From assembly GCA_011364905.1 (NCBI GenBank), contig RDNZ01000017.1:1-53238 (forward strand): a stretch of DNA of 53,238 bases. The letters are read 5' to 3'. Numbering within the stretch: the stretch's first letter is position 1; every line of letters starts with the position of its first letter. Positions 19,001 to 28,523 of this stretch are shown here, piece after piece. The position numbers and the translations under genes were made by a program. The stretch comes from Candidatus Thorarchaeota archaeon. GTDB lineage: Archaea; Asgardarchaeota; Thorarchaeia; Thorarchaeales; Thorarchaeaceae. Under the pieces are notes generated by a model, which worked only from the letters and a program-made list of their open reading frames with translations, was not told where the DNA came from and searched no databases.

Positions 19001-22000
19001 TCTGGGCTAATGCCACGGTCTTAAATGCATATAATGAACCTGTATCCGATGCAGTGGTTTCACTTACAGTTGAATACGAGTTTGGAAGCGGGACGACTCA
19101 ACAAACACTGGGCTTAGTCTATAATGAAGTTTTACAGCTCTACACAACCAATATTGCTCCAAACTGGCCAATTGGAATGGTAAACATGACACTTAGCGGG
19201 AATCATGATTACTATGATCCTTTCACACAATTCCATGCGGATGCATTGCGAGTAGAGTCACCATTGACTATTTCTATAATTCGTGAACCAGAGTTGTTAC
19301 AAGGCAATGATCTTGAAGTCAATATCACTGTTTCAGACAGCTTGGGCGGAAAGGTTTCAAATGCAGATGTGACATTGACTTTTGACGGGACTGACTACAT
19401 AGCAAACCATGTTGGCCAGTTCTACTACATAATCATACCAAGTGTAACCAAAGCTCCTGGAAGCTACAGCCTCCTAGTTACTGCCAATCATAGCTATGCA
19501 ACAGGCATCAAGACTCAAGTAAGCTCTGTTTCTATCTATACTAACACTTTGAATATTGCAAGAAGCTCCCCAAGTCAAGTGACTCAAGACCAGTATTTCG
19601 CAATCTGGCTCAACATAACTGATACATATGGGAATTCTATCAGTGGTGCAGATGTGAGAATAAGCTTTGATGGTACTGAGTTTATACTCAGTGAGATTGA
19701 ACTAGGAAAGTATCAGCTAAATGCCACAGCGGCCTTGCCTGTTGGCAATTATTCAGCAAGAATCACTGTGGAGCACTCCTATGTTGAGGGAAGGAGTTTT
19801 GGTGGATTCTACATGGCAGTCATAGGCGATCTCTATCCTGTTGTCAATTATGAATCCACAGTTAATGCAGGACAAAACTTCACAGTTTCAATATTCGTCT
19901 ACGATTCGTATAGTGCTTTTCCTGACGGTGCGTGGGCAACTGTGGAACTGGATGGAAGTAACTTCACAGCCCAGTACATAGTAGGTGCTGAATTCAGAGT
20001 TGAATTAAATGCATCTTTGGCAATTGGACATCAAAGCTTCATAGTATATGTTGGATCTGATTTTAGTACGCCTAGGTCAGACTATCAAGACCTCTACGTT
20101 TATTCACGGGCCAGTATGAATCTTGACTCTTCAATTGGTTGGATATTGAATCAAGGAGACTCAACATTTCTCACACTCACGCTAGCGGATTGGGATGACA
20201 ATCCAGTTACCGGTGCGACTGTTACAATGCTTCATCCAAGCAGTCTTGCCTTTATTGACAACTTTGATGGAACATATTCAGTGACACTAGATACAGAGGG
20301 ATACTCCCCTGGTAATTATTCGTTGATTGTTTATGCAGACCATCCATACTTGATTGAGGCGGATTTGCATACCATCATAACCGTAAACGGTCAAGCTGCT
20401 GTTGATGCAGAGATACCAGAACTAGTTTGGAATCACCAAAATGTGACTATGTATTTCGCAATAATTGACATATACGGTAATCCTCTTTCGGACTTTAATT
20501 ACGCACTTTCCTTTGCAGGGATCTATTCCAAGTCCGGCACGTCAGTTTTGTATGGACTGAGTTGGGAATTCTTGCCTGATCTGTATCCGGGATCGTATCC
20601 TCTGGATATTATAATAGATGGTGATTTCCTTGCTCACTATGAAAACACCATCTGGATAGATGTGAGGGGGAGTGCAAATTCAAGTATCTTATCCCCTATG
20701 AATAGCTCAATAATTTCTCAAGGTGACCAAATAAACTTCACAGTGTTTGTGGAAGATTTGAGTGGTTATGATATATCGGGCTGCCAAGTAAGTGTTACAA
20801 TCCATGGGAGTAGTTATACTCTGAATGAGGGTATTTCGGGGATATACACTCGAAATATACCAACTGCTGGATTCCCATTAGGTCAGTATAATCCGATAAT
20901 TAGAGTTGTTCACACATATCTTGATACGCAGGAATTATCGATGATTATATCATTGGAGGGCTATGCGGATGTCAAGTTATCATACTCACCATTCCCTGTA
21001 CAAAACAAAATTGACGTCACATTCAATTTCACAGTAACAGATCAATATGGAAATCCATTATCCGGTTTCAACTATTCTTTGGACTTTGCAGGAGTGTATA
21101 ATCAAACTGGAACTGCATCTTCCTATCGATTGTCTTGGACAGTCGATCCTAGTTTTACTCCGGGTAAGTACTTCCTGAATATGACACTTAATGGAACATA
21201 CCTGCTACATTCGGTATTCAGCTTCAGCATTGATGTTCAGGGAGTAGTTTCCGCTAGCATTCTTACGCCGACAGACTATGCGGCTTTCTCACAAGGAGAT
21301 CCAATTCAGTTTACAGTGCATGTACAAGATGAGCTGTTCTTTAACATAACTGGGGCAGATGTCGAGCTTGATTTACTTGGTAGCACTTTCGCTTTAACGG
21401 AAACATCGCCAGGAATCTATATTGTCACAATTTCTACAACTCAGTTGTCACTTGGTGAATACACTGCAAAGATCACAGCCTCACAAGGCTTTATGGACAC
21501 ATATACAGCCTACGTGCATTTCTCCATCATTGGTAGTGCTCATATTGCAGTTATCACAAATCCAACAGTGGTACTAAACTACGAGAATGTAACTTTTGAC
21601 ATCAGTGTTCTTGACCAATGGGGCAATCCAATTTATGTCTTTGATTACACTTTTGACTTTGGCGGGGTATGTAATGTATCAGGAACCTCTACCTCATCAC
21701 TCAAGTCTTGGCAATTACTTCCGGATGTTGTACCAGGAGCATATGCACTTAATGTCACTGTTTCAGGAGCGCATTTTCCAACAGAAACTCTGATTGTTGA
21801 CGTATACGTCCGGAGTGATACAATCGCATCAGTACTCTCTCCACTTAACAACAGCCAGTATGTTCAAGGTACTGATGACATTCTCTTCACCCTAAACCTT
21901 GAAGACATGCTTGGAAATGTGATGATTGGAGGGGATGTTTCAGTTTTAATCCATGACTCATTCTACATACTATCAGACTTAGGCAATGGTACATACTCAA

Positions 22001-23601
22001 TAGTTGTATCTACTGACGGTTGGGCGGCGGGTCTGTACAATTACACACTGATGGTCGCTCATGGTTTCTTGTCGCAAGATGCAACTATCAGAGGCTCTGT
22101 GGAGATATTTGCAGACCTAGTTTTCGGCATTGAATATTCCCCTAAGGAACCGGTAAAGGGAGAATATGTAAACATCACAATTGAAGTCACAGATACGTAT
22201 GGAAATCCAATGTCGGGTCTATCAGTTTATGTGACATTTCGAAATCATACTGAGATGGCCACAGAAACAGCGCAGAAGGGGACTTATTTCACCAGGTTTG
22301 TCGTAGCTGGAGAAGGTTTTGGTGACTCTACTATCGATGTTGGTGCGGAAGGCGTTAGATGTAATCCAGGAGTAGGAAGTGTAAATGCATATGTCGTGGT
22401 TCCGGCACCTCAATTAACAATGGATCCTCAGAGCTTTGGATTCCTAGCTCTGGGCTCATTCCTAATTAGCTTCCTTGGTCTACTTATGTACTTCAAAATA
22501 TCATCAGGGCTTTCAATCACAAGCGGATCTCAAGAGCAGCTAATCCGTGGACTCCGGAGGTTGGATTACCTCTATCTAGGAGTTGTTGGCCTTGCCGCAT
22601 TGACTGTTTCCCATTCATATGTGTCCGCGGCGGCAGGCAACTACGATTTGGCAGTACTAGAGAGTGTACTCTTACTCGGTATTTCACTAATCCTATATGG
22701 TATCTGGCTTTACAGAGATGCCACATCGACAATTCTCCAATCGCAAGCTGTTAGCAGAAGAAGGATGTTTCTTGGTCTCTGGCATCTGATTTTTGTCCCA
22801 TTCGTGATCATGCAGCTGTTTGATTGGGGAAGACACATCGAGTGGTTGAATTTCTACGTATTGCGGAATGTGTTCCATCTCGGTGAACTTGAACTCCCAA
22901 GCATAATGCTGACAATATTCGCAGCCTACATATCTTCCATTGTGATAGTTGTTGTCAATCTCTACAGAGAGATTAGTAAAGGACTTTCTAGGATTAATGA
23001 GATGGCTGTACTCGGCACACCACCAATTGTGGTTGAGCAAGAATGTGTAGATCTAGTAGAGAAGCTTGGATCCTCAATACGCACGAAATTCTTCATGTTC
23101 CTTGTTGTTCTAGCAGGAACTTCCGTACTGACAATGGATTTCCTCAAGAGCTATTCTCTTGGTGTAATTGTCCTGATGCCAGTTGTATTCTTGGTGTTTG
23201 TTCCCTATGTGTCATCCAAGATGGCAAAGGGTATTACAAGAGTATCCAGTAGCCGCCGGGAAAGACACACTGATGACAAAACCTTAGTAGAGATTGCAGA
23301 TGGAACTGTTGATTCTGATACTTCATTTGATGCCAAGCCATACTATGACTCAGAAAAGGAGATTAAACCCTCAGAGATAGAAATACCTCCTTTGGAAGAA
23401 GAAACTGAAGAAGAGCAAATTGAAGAATCATTAGAACTCCAAAAACTTACCAAAAAAGAACTCATCGAAAGACTTCCTGAAAAAGTGAAAGAATCAATTG
23501 GCCTCGACGAACTGAAGAAGCTCTCCAAAGACCAACTTAAAGCGTTGGTACAGCTAGAAGAGATTGGATTAGAGAGTAGCGATGACAAAGAAAGTAAATA
23601 G
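16090..23601 (+). CDS. giant surface protein: N-terminal signal/TM, FG-GAP/VCBS-like propellers, tandem Ig-like repeats, about 7 TM helices, acidic cytoplasmic tail
   Basis: D-x-D/N-x-DG-x-x-D/E motifs (DIDNDGYTE, DINEDGRDD, DYNGDGAEE). Recurring D..GN.ISGA.V...G.Y Ig-like units. Seven hydrophobic segments at ~22435-23210. ATG 16090 is preceded by AGGTGA. Confidence 0.85.
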   Translation: MTPSSSRFRPTVKEYAGRHASILKWSLVLITITFLLISSSDTGMVQPKEGDDVNPIESSFSTSSNFIRVKLPYQVYSIAPGVIPIGSGFAYVHEDTIRFKDPVNQLNDSLYIGMGDTFYETLTGYDIDNDGYTEFLFIMFNSTIASERLIIADFDASSVTNYDCPVSGASEIIFGNFTPDGQTDVAIYNMDAIARIDLSDGSQIGAPYKPGTEIKRAVAGNFSATSEDEIAILSTNWGSGRVNIETIRGDGSPVLWIEYPSMSVASDMTLHSWRAESDDLAITVTNQDIGTSELVGIYGNNLTERFIKKIPEYFGDTFAKTGSFNDDSIDDLAVIPTMWHTAWFFDGETGMLIGHTEEQVSSYWRRGVAVSVLDSDAYTDLAVEGPRGQLTLIRGSNGKTGYEENRIPGPFYQVVSFDINEDGRDDIIALMDSVSILLSDTEIPNVSLDPLYPTHPTIYDTFMKVELTATDNIYVARATIYIKSTTGGVAAPFMANEMIRVQNDKFIYITTDLQAGEYQYYVKVVDAYLNTFSYGNETNPEILDVEDHFADGYFFNATIDHAMGHVLAEGNNTAGEDLIYVVTVETSSRTATLRAFAPNGTTISDFVIPNTSSSDSFEVYSGMHDGDSILDPVVVRSNYTHTVFYVFHGNDLTSWKNVTYKEIPILDERAISVFDDDNDGFDEVHYVQGNYSAPTIRRIEHDFSVSISDPLSDNGDVVGMAYATIEDTEPQIGLLRANNSVDIYQAYNLTLLKTLDYSSPGSTLGDNPLGIVPYNNATHTGEQFLVAYSSWSGDTPTIYLCLIDSQTLQVGSAPYTELLGDHIKGIYSYDVDKDDIDELFVFEESGNISLCELGETTPRQWSVFVSEAFPTSAITLDYNGDGAEEFIISTSDDMLTAISFQGTVEYQAKIGMIFNMVKVGNVDVGVGEDIAAFPIFRARYSLATIRDIDLLYILDTTFGIESSTTLQGSSVWANATVLNAYNEPVSDAVVSLTVEYEFGSGTTQQTLGLVYNEVLQLYTTNIAPNWPIGMVNMTLSGNHDYYDPFTQFHADALRVESPLTISIIREPELLQGNDLEVNITVSDSLGGKVSNADVTLTFDGTDYIANHVGQFYYIIIPSVTKAPGSYSLLVTANHSYATGIKTQVSSVSIYTNTLNIARSSPSQVTQDQYFAIWLNITDTYGNSISGADVRISFDGTEFILSEIELGKYQLNATAALPVGNYSARITVEHSYVEGRSFGGFYMAVIGDLYPVVNYESTVNAGQNFTVSIFVYDSYSAFPDGAWATVELDGSNFTAQYIVGAEFRVELNASLAIGHQSFIVYVGSDFSTPRSDYQDLYVYSRASMNLDSSIGWILNQGDSTFLTLTLADWDDNPVTGATVTMLHPSSLAFIDNFDGTYSVTLDTEGYSPGNYSLIVYADHPYLIEADLHTIITVNGQAAVDAEIPELVWNHQNVTMYFAIIDIYGNPLSDFNYALSFAGIYSKSGTSVLYGLSWEFLPDLYPGSYPLDIIIDGDFLAHYENTIWIDVRGSANSSILSPMNSSIISQGDQINFTVFVEDLSGYDISGCQVSVTIHGSSYTLNEGISGIYTRNIPTAGFPLGQYNPIIRVVHTYLDTQELSMIISLEGYADVKLSYSPFPVQNKIDVTFNFTVTDQYGNPLSGFNYSLDFAGVYNQTGTASSYRLSWTVDPSFTPGKYFLNMTLNGTYLLHSVFSFSIDVQGVVSASILTPTDYAAFSQGDPIQFTVHVQDELFFNITGADVELDLLGSTFALTETSPGIYIVTISTTQLSLGEYTAKITASQGFMDTYTAYVHFSIIGSAHIAVITNPTVVLNYENVTFDISVLDQWGNPIYVFDYTFDFGGVCNVSGTSTSSLKSWQLLPDVVPGAYALNVTVSGAHFPTETLIVDVYVRSDTIASVLSPLNNSQYVQGTDDILFTLNLEDMLGNVMIGGDVSVLIHDSFYILSDLGNGTYSIVVSTDGWAAGLYNYTLMVAHGFLSQDATIRGSVEIFADLVFGIEYSPKEPVKGEYVNITIEVTDTYGNPMSGLSVYVTFRNHTEMATETAQKGTYFTRFVVAGEGFGDSTIDVGAEGVRCNPGVGSVNAYVVVPAPQLTMDPQSFGFLALGSFLISFLGLLMYFKISSGLSITSGSQEQLIRGLRRLDYLYLGVVGLAALTVSHSYVSAAAGNYDLAVLESVLLLGISLILYGIWLYRDATSTILQSQAVSRRRMFLGLWHLIFVPFVIMQLFDWGRHIEWLNFYVLRNVFHLGELELPSIMLTIFAAYISSIVIVVVNLYREISKGLSRINEMAVLGTPPIVVEQECVDLVEKLGSSIRTKFFMFLVVLAGTSVLTMDFLKSYSLGVIVLMPVVFLVFVPYVSSKMAKGITRVSSSRRERHTDDKTLVEIADGTVDSDTSFDAKPYYDSEKEIKPSEIEIPPLEEETEEEQIEESLELQKLTKKELIERLPEKVKESIGLDELKKLSKDQLKALVQLEEIGLESSDDKESK

Positions 23602-23687
23602 TCAATAGTGTACGGACCTGAACTCAGCTGCAAAGAAAAACATCCTAGTCATAGGAAGTGTACAGCCTAATGCAGCACCTCATGAAA

Positions 23688-24581
23688 CTACTTTCGTGAC
23701 TTGGATTTTAACTGTCTTACAGCCTCGCGGATGTCTGCCTCGTCAATCTCCTGTTCCTCCATCATGAGGTCGTCACTTGCAGCAGCTGGGGCACTTGCTG
23801 GTCTGGCTGTCATTGCTCTTTTCGTTACTCCCTTTGCTTGAACCCTTGCCACAATCTCAGAGATCTTGTCCTCGGTGAACTCCTCATCAGCAGGAAACTC
23901 GTCCATGCTGACGCCCATGTCTTCCAAGATTGACTTTTGGATTGCTAGCTTATCTATCTCCTCAACCGCAATACCGGTTATGATGTTTACAAGTAAGTCA
24001 GCTTTCTCCAGCGGGAAAAATCTACCTTGAGAGTCAGCAGCAATCTGCTCATAGGTATTCACAGCATTTTGATAATTGGCAATCTCAGGGAAACAACCAA
24101 CTGTGTGTATGACGACTCCTTTTTCGAAGGCTTTCTTTGACTCCTCAGTCCAGTTTGCCCCATCAGGAGTGCCCTTAGGCCAGCGGTCACCCTCTTCAAC
24201 TCCATGTGGCGGCGCATCTCCAATCAGCACTGCTATCTTTGCAGACTCGTTAAGAAACTCCATCCTGTTCATCACTTGAAGCGCTGATGAAACAGCCTCA
24301 GGACCATCCCCACCCCCAGATGCTTCCATCTGCATGACATAGCTCTCAATCTTCGAGGTGTCTGAAGTCAGCTCGTATTTTTGTGTGACATAGGTGGTCT
24401 CTTCTGGAGGGTGGTCTCGATACGATACAAGACCAACTCTAAGCCTATGACATAACTCCTCCTTTTTGATTGTGCGAATTATCTCTAGAATCTTTGTCTT
24501 CACTGTCTGTATGTAGGGACCCATAGAACCAGTGTTATCAACGACGAAAACTAGGTCTAGCTGTCCAATTCTCTCTGACAT
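23688..24581 (-). CDS. von Willebrand factor A (vWA) domain protein, vwkA-like
   Basis: DLVFVVDNTGSM (MIDAS), YRDHP, GGGDGPEA and IGDAPPH. Confidence 0.9.
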   Translation of the reverse strand: MSERIGQLDLVFVVDNTGSMGPYIQTVKTKILEIIRTIKKEELCHRLRVGLVSYRDHPPEETTYVTQKYELTSDTSKIESYVMQMEASGGGDGPEAVSSALQVMNRMEFLNESAKIAVLIGDAPPHGVEEGDRWPKGTPDGANWTEESKKAFEKGVVIHTVGCFPEIANYQNAVNTYEQIAADSQGRFFPLEKADLLVNIITGIAVEEIDKLAIQKSILEDMGVSMDEFPADEEFTEDKISEIVARVQAKGVTKRAMTARPASAPAAASDDLMMEEQEIDEADIREAVRQLKSKSRK

Positions 24582-24800
24582 ATTAGTCTCCTCTTAACTA
24601 GCGTGCTATAGCCCAAAACCATAGCTCCGGCCAGAAACAAAACTGAACAAAGATAAGTCTTAGCATGGCTGTAGCTCTTGTCCAACTCGTCTTTAGACTT
24701 CTCAAACCTCAGAAGAAACGGACATTGGAGAATTCAATCTATAAAGAGCATCCAAAGCCTTCTATTTCATCATCGAAACGCGATGACGAAACTTCTGGTT

Positions 24801-26465
24801 TCACTCCCAGAAATGATTTACAATGGGCATCTTCCATCCTATTCCAAAAGACTTCTTGGTGATGCGGATGCAGGGAGGTGCCTGCCACCTTTTGTACTCT
24901 GATTGGCGAACCCGTCTGTAAACATCCTCAACAATCTCCAAGGGATATCCTTTGCTTAGTAGTTCCTTCTTTCCTAGTCGATCAGCAACAATCTCATCAA
25001 CCATGGGACTCACTATATCAAAATCGAAAGGATCAAACTGGTCGTCCTTGAGCTCTGCTGAGGGTTTCTTTGTGATGGAGCCTTCTGGAACGATCTGTTT
25101 CCCTGCCTTTCGGTTCACATACTTGGTCAACTTGTAGACTTCCAATTTACTGACATCACCAATTACGCCGACCCCACCTGTCATATCACCGTACAACGTA
25201 CAGTAGCCAAGGGCAATCTCTGTCTTATTACCAGTATTGAGAACGAGAATCCTGAGGTCTTTCAAGCGATTGGAGATATCCATCAGTGTATTACCCCGGA
25301 CACGGGGTTGAATATTCTCATCTGCGACCGGATCATCCTGTGAGGATTCTATGTTGAAATGAGTGCGCAACTCCTGCAAGGGCTTCTCCCATGTCTTGTG
25401 ATATGAGTCAACAATCTCTTGAATGGGGATTTGGATGTACTTGATGCCAAGGTTCTCAGCCAGTTCTTCAGCATCAGTCTTGGAGTGACCACTTGAATAC
25501 TTAGAGGGCATTGATACACCGATGACATTCTCCGGACCCAAAGCATCTACTGCGATGCACGCTGTAAGAGAGGAGTCAATACCACCGCTTAGGCCCAGAA
25601 CCGCCATCTTGAATCCCGTCTTTCTGAAATAATCACGAATTCCAAGAACAAGAGCATTATACATCTCAGCCTCTTTGTCATAGAGTGGTTTCTTTCGAGG
25701 TTCTCCCTCTCCAGACTGACTATCAATCTCAGTTATCACAAGGTCTTCTTCGAACTGCTTTCCCACAGCGATTATTCTTCCCTTGGAGTCCGCAGCAACG
25801 CTTCGTCCGTCAAACACGAGTTCATCCTGCCCTCCAATAACATTAACAAGAAAGACCGGAACTCTGTTCTTCTTCGCCTTTTCGACTACTAACTTCTCGC
25901 GCTCAAACTGCTTTCCAACATGAAAGGGAGAAGAGGAAATGTTGATGATTAGTTCTGCACCCTTTGAACAAAGGAGGTCTGTGACCTTAATGTCATAATC
26001 ATCATCCCATAAGTCTTCACAGATTTCAACTCCAAGACGAACCTTCTTGCCATCCACCTGTACCGTGAGAGGCTCAATTGACTCCCCGGGTTCGAAATAC
26101 CGCTCTTCATCAAATACATCATAAGTCGGTAGTAGTGTTTTGTGAACATATCTGTGGAGTTCCCCATTCTCAAAAACGGCAGCAGCATTATAGAGACATC
26201 CCTCTGCATCTGAATCCACAAAACCAACAACTGCTACAATTCCCTGCGTCGATTTTGTGATTTCCTTGATTGCGTCTTGATTCGCACGAATGAATTCTGC
26301 TTCGTGAAGCAAATCCTGAGGAGGATATCCAGTTATGACCATCTCTGGAAATGCAATGATTTTGACTCCTTTTCGCTTGCACTCGTCAATCTTCTCAAGG
26401 ACCTTGCTAAGATTTCCTTTGATGTCACCGACAGTGGGATTGATTTGAGCCATAGCTATCTTCAT
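24801..26465 (-). CDS. nadE: glutamine-dependent NAD+ synthetase
   Basis: Nitrilase domain (AQINPTVGD, FPEM, K.LLP.YDVFDE.RYF, ICEDLW) plus synthetase domain (GLSGGIDS, ENIQPR.RG, TGNKTE, GY.TLYGD, PSAEL). Start at MKIAMAQ. Confidence 0.97.
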   Translation of the reverse strand: MKIAMAQINPTVGDIKGNLSKVLEKIDECKRKGVKIIAFPEMVITGYPPQDLLHEAEFIRANQDAIKEITKSTQGIVAVVGFVDSDAEGCLYNAAAVFENGELHRYVHKTLLPTYDVFDEERYFEPGESIEPLTVQVDGKKVRLGVEICEDLWDDDYDIKVTDLLCSKGAELIINISSSPFHVGKQFEREKLVVEKAKKNRVPVFLVNVIGGQDELVFDGRSVAADSKGRIIAVGKQFEEDLVITEIDSQSGEGEPRKKPLYDKEAEMYNALVLGIRDYFRKTGFKMAVLGLSGGIDSSLTACIAVDALGPENVIGVSMPSKYSSGHSKTDAEELAENLGIKYIQIPIQEIVDSYHKTWEKPLQELRTHFNIESSQDDPVADENIQPRVRGNTLMDISNRLKDLRILVLNTGNKTEIALGYCTLYGDMTGGVGVIGDVSKLEVYKLTKYVNRKAGKQIVPEGSITKKPSAELKDDQFDPFDFDIVSPMVDEIVADRLGKKELLSKGYPLEIVEDVYRRVRQSEYKRWQAPPCIRITKKSFGIGWKMPIVNHFWE

Positions 26466-26633
26466 AACTGGACCACCAGCCTCAACGACCGCATAAGCGA
26501 GTAAAGGCTTTTGTCCCACAGGTTGCAGGCAAAAAACGCAGCTATTCAGAGGTCACGGCGAAGATTACCAATTGCCACCAGGCAAACCAAAAAAATGCTC
26601 GTTTTTGAGGAAGTTACTAAAGCTGCGAGCTAA

Positions 26634-28061
26634 TCAGTTGGTCTTAGGAAGCCAGAACCTGAACATTGCCCCTTGTGTATAGTCACCATCAATGCGATCA
26701 AGAATATCGAAGGTCCCACTGTACTTATTGGTAATCTGGACACATTGATGAATTCCAATCCCTCCTGAGCGTCGTTCAGGGTCAAGTAGATTCTCCTTCA
26801 TCGAAGCACTAATACCAGGGCCATCATCCGCTATTGTAACGGCATACCCGCCCTCAACCTCGTCCAATTCTACCCAGATGCGCTTAGGAGTGTTTTCATT
26901 GTATTTCATTGCATTGGAGAGCATGTTCATGATGAGATGATTGAGAAACGAATCAGCATTGACAATCGCTTTTTTCTTCTTGATTCTTTTCTCAATTACT
27001 ACATCCTTGTGGTCTTTTGAAAAGACATCAAGACATCTCTTCAGAGAAGAATCAAGCGACATTTTTTCAGAAGGTGTCGTCAGAAGAGCTGCTGTAGATT
27101 GCACCGATGAAATGAGCTCACTGCATTCAGTGACTGAAGCACCAATGTGGTCGAGAAGAGATATTCTGGTAGCATCAGACTCATCAATGCAAAGCAGATC
27201 AGAAGCGATTATTATTGCTTGGAGGTAATTTCGGATGTCATGACCAGTGATATCTTGATAGAGAAGCGCTATGTTGTGAGCTGCACGAGCCTCCTCCTCA
27301 GCCTTCTTCAAATCTGATATGTCACGCATCACAACTACAACACGTTTTCCATCCTCATGAGGACTAACACTGATAGAGAACCATTTCTGAATGCCCCTAG
27401 TATCAAGCGAATGCTCGAAACTGAGAGCAAATTGCGATTCAAGTACTTCACTAGTTGTGTCCATGAATCTCGAAACAACTACTTCGGGAAACAAGTCACT
27501 CAATTTTTGCGCAATGTGTTTTCCTGGACTAGCGTCGGGTATGAGACCAGTCTGGGAGTATAGTTCCGAAATTTCACCTTTTTTCCCCATTACGAACACT
27601 GTATCAGTAAGTGACTCGACCAGCATCCGGTGTTTACGTTCACTCTCACGAAGTGCCTGTTCAGTGGCTCTTCTTTTCCTTCTTTGCTCGGCCTCACCAA
27701 TCTCACGCCGAATTGCAGGTACCAGTCGACTCAGGTTATTCTTTGTGAGATAATCATGAGCACCAGCATGCATCATTTCAACCGCGACTTCGTCAGAGAT
27801 AGTACCTGATACTATAATGAACGGCAAATCAAGATCCTTGATTTCGAGTTCCTTCATCGCATCTTCAACGCTGAATTCAGGCATCATATAGTCACATAGG
27901 ATGGCATCCCATGAGTCATCCTCTAGAGCGCGACGCATCTCTATGCCATCGCACACACGTTTAATGGTGACTGAGAGGCCCCCTTTTTCCATGACTCTTT
28001 CTATGAGTAAGGCATCATCCTCAGAGTCTTCAATTAGAAGGATCCGTGTATCTTCACTCAC
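26634..28061 (-). CDS. hybrid receiver-PAS-histidine kinase
   Basis: REC (LLIEDSEDD, LCDYMMP, YLTK), PAS, H-box GHDIRN, N-box LSNAMKY and G1 DDGPGI. Confidence 0.92.
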   Translation of the reverse strand: MSEDTRILLIEDSEDDALLIERVMEKGGLSVTIKRVCDGIEMRRALEDDSWDAILCDYMMPEFSVEDAMKELEIKDLDLPFIIVSGTISDEVAVEMMHAGAHDYLTKNNLSRLVPAIRREIGEAEQRRKRRATEQALRESERKHRMLVESLTDTVFVMGKKGEISELYSQTGLIPDASPGKHIAQKLSDLFPEVVVSRFMDTTSEVLESQFALSFEHSLDTRGIQKWFSISVSPHEDGKRVVVVMRDISDLKKAEEEARAAHNIALLYQDITGHDIRNYLQAIIIASDLLCIDESDATRISLLDHIGASVTECSELISSVQSTAALLTTPSEKMSLDSSLKRCLDVFSKDHKDVVIEKRIKKKKAIVNADSFLNHLIMNMLSNAMKYNENTPKRIWVELDEVEGGYAVTIADDGPGISASMKENLLDPERRSGGIGIHQCVQITNKYSGTFDILDRIDGDYTQGAMFRFWLPKTN

Positions 28062-28509
28062 AATCCTCAGGACCTCCTTTTGGATTCACATTGAGAACTA
28101 GCCAATAGAGACCCATAGTACGAATAGCTTCGACAAACTGGTCGAAATCAACAGGTTTCTGAATGTATGAATTTGCACCATGATCATAGCTTTCACAAAT
28201 GTCCCGTTCCTCATTTGAAGACGTAAGGATCACAACGGGAAGAAACTTCAGCTGGTGAATCTGACGAATCCTTTCAAGCAATTCTAAGCCGCCCATTCGT
28301 GGCATCTTCAAATCGAGAAGAACAACAACTGGCAAATCACTTGAATCACGGCCGGCATACTGACCTTTTGATGTCAGATAATCGAAAGCCTCAGCACCAT
28401 CACGAGCAACAATGACCTCATTCAAAATATCTGCTCGTTGTAGAGCTCTTAATGTCAACAACACATCATCCGTATTATCTTCGACCAGCAGGATTTTCTT
28501 CGATGACAC
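28054..28509 (-). CDS. single-domain response regulator (Rcp1-like)
   Basis: LLVEDN.DD, LLDLKMP, VILTSS and GANSYIQKP. Confidence 0.95.
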   Translation of the reverse strand: MSSKKILLVEDNTDDVLLTLRALQRADILNEVIVARDGAEAFDYLTSKGQYAGRDSSDLPVVVLLDLKMPRMGGLELLERIRQIHQLKFLPVVILTSSNEERDICESYDHGANSYIQKPVDFDQFVEAIRTMGLYWLVLNVNPKGGPEDCE

Positions 28510-28523
28510 TTTGGTTCGCTCCT

